This document shows positions 62,541 through 64,000 of a stretch of 64,000 nt of DNA, piece after piece. The notes beneath the pieces were generated by a model that saw only the letters and a list, made by a program, of their open reading frames with translations, was not told the DNA's origin and did not search any database. Positions within the stretch are counted from its first letter, which is position 1, and each line of letters begins with the position of its first letter. The stretch lies in contig CM052817.1 of the NCBI GenBank assembly GCA_028534125.1, positions 108,564,001 through 108,628,000 on the forward strand, given 5' to 3'. This DNA is from Lama glama (Eukaryota). Position numbers and translations under genes: made by a program.

Positions 62541-64000
62541 TTATTATTTATAACTTAGATGATTGGTTTCTTGAATATGTGTAAGCACATCAGACTGTTC
62601 TTTATGATTAGATTACTGCATTCTGTTAATTCTTATTTTGTGGTTGGCTTTATTCCTCTGATTACTATGTAAGTTCAGAAAGCTAAAGCTCTATACTGCT
62701 CTTAGAAACAATAAACAGTACGTATATGTAAATTTTAAAAAATAAATTAAGGGAAAGATAAATACTCTAAAGCACAGAGAAAATAAGCAATTTACCAGTG
62801 GTCACGCCCACATATAATGAATGGTGGACCTGGGCCCCAGATTTTCTGATTCACAATCTTACGTTCTTTCCATGATGCTGTATTGCCTTAAAATATCCTT
62901 TCCAGCAGTAAGTGACGTCCTGTGTACTCTTTCCTCCTTCAGACACAGGATTGCCTCAGCTTCTTTACTTTCTCAGTTTTGCCAGCCATTCCTCAAGCTA
63001 CCTGATTTTCAGTGAGAAAAATGTTTGTGATTCTAGAAGGTGTTGTGTGTGTGTGCGTCTGTGTGTTTGTGCATGCACATGTACCTGCTCGTGCAGATCT
63101 TAGGAAAAGCCCACAGCCTTCTGGTGGTTGCAGTGTATTTGGAATCAAAGCCAGTCTGCGTAGGCTCTCACCCCCACATAGATACTTTTGACTTATCTGA
63201 GTCTCTTATCTTATGTAAAATTTTATATAAATATTTTTAAAAACAAATGTGGACCTCATGTACCATTTCAGAATCCATAGTTTCCAACTGAAGAATTATG
63301 GGCCTCCTCCTGATTTTGTACATTAGTCTTTAGTAAAAGCAGAGAATCGTATTTTTCTCAACAGCTGTTTAACGTGCATCAGTGTCTCTGTCTGTCCCCT
63401 GTGTTTGGTTCCAGGGAAAACCTCCCATCTGAGCAACTTCATTCAGCTTGGCTGGCTCAGGAAATAAATGCTTTTGGGTTGTAGCAGTGGGCCCAGTAAA
63501 ACCTAAGGATTTCCGAAGTCCGCTGGAGAAGTGCTCTACCCAGTTGGTAGGGGATTAGACTGGGCTCCGAATATCAAAGGAAGAGGTTAGCCCAGTGTCA
63601 ACAATTATATAATTCTATACCGTAAACCCCAGAACAAAACTAACCACTTCCTAGATGGTGAGGAGCAGTAGCGAGAGCTGAAACCACAGTTGATTAGAGC
63701 AGCTAAAACCACAGTTTTGCCAGGACTAGTGTGTAATTATTTCCATATATTCTGCAGAAAATCATCAGAAGCCAGAAAGTATTTCCACATCAGTGAATAG
63801 GAAAGATGTTTAGAAAGATAAATTATTTTAAAGCAACCATTTGTGAAAAACGGGGAGTTGGGGAAGTGGCGTCATAGTCACTGCATGAATATTCATATTC
63901 TCAGACTTAAATGAGCTTCTTTGAAACTGACTTATCTGAAATTATACTGCTTGCGTTCAAAGTTTCCAGTTCCCCACGAAGTGAGTAGTTTCAACCCAGT

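Noticed and set aside
41720..64000. PDGFC exon 4
   Set aside because: No segment resembling the hinge region (QFTEAVSPSVLPP... in human, from recall) appears in the ORF track or by eye. It is probably beyond the window, although the N gaps cannot be inspected.
1..64000. A novel multi-gene biological system
   Set aside because: Only two exons of a known gene are supported. The remaining short ORFs show no recognisable homology and mostly overlap repeats or low-complexity DNA.

Overview
This window is mammalian genomic DNA, almost entirely intronic. It covers the middle of PDGFC (platelet-derived growth factor C) on the + strand: exon 2 (9462-9657, 196 bp) and exon 3 (41539-41719, 181 bp), which together encode the CUB domain. 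Intron 2 is 31.9 kb; exon 1 and exons 4 onward lie outside the window. Eight copies of a tRNA-derived SINE that I recognise as Vic-1-like point to a camelid genome (inference). The rest is typical intronic repeat content: 5'-truncated L1 3' ends, older L1/L2/MIR/MaLR relics, three solo ERV LTRs (all antisense to the gene), a 48-bp minisatellite, a (CCAT/CCAC)n tract and two N gaps. Apart from those overlapping the two exons or L1 fragments, the ORFs in the track look spurious. I see no evidence of a new protein-coding system. The best leads are retrotransposon oddities: a SINE+L1-ORF1 chimera inside one target-site duplication (TSD) just upstream of exon 3, a probable L1 3' transduction splitting a MIR, and a minisatellite grown from L1 ORF1. 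Also worth a look are two CCAAT-array LTR promoters, inverted repeats bracketing the exons, and a GC-biased exon 3. Repeat family names come from recall, not a database search.
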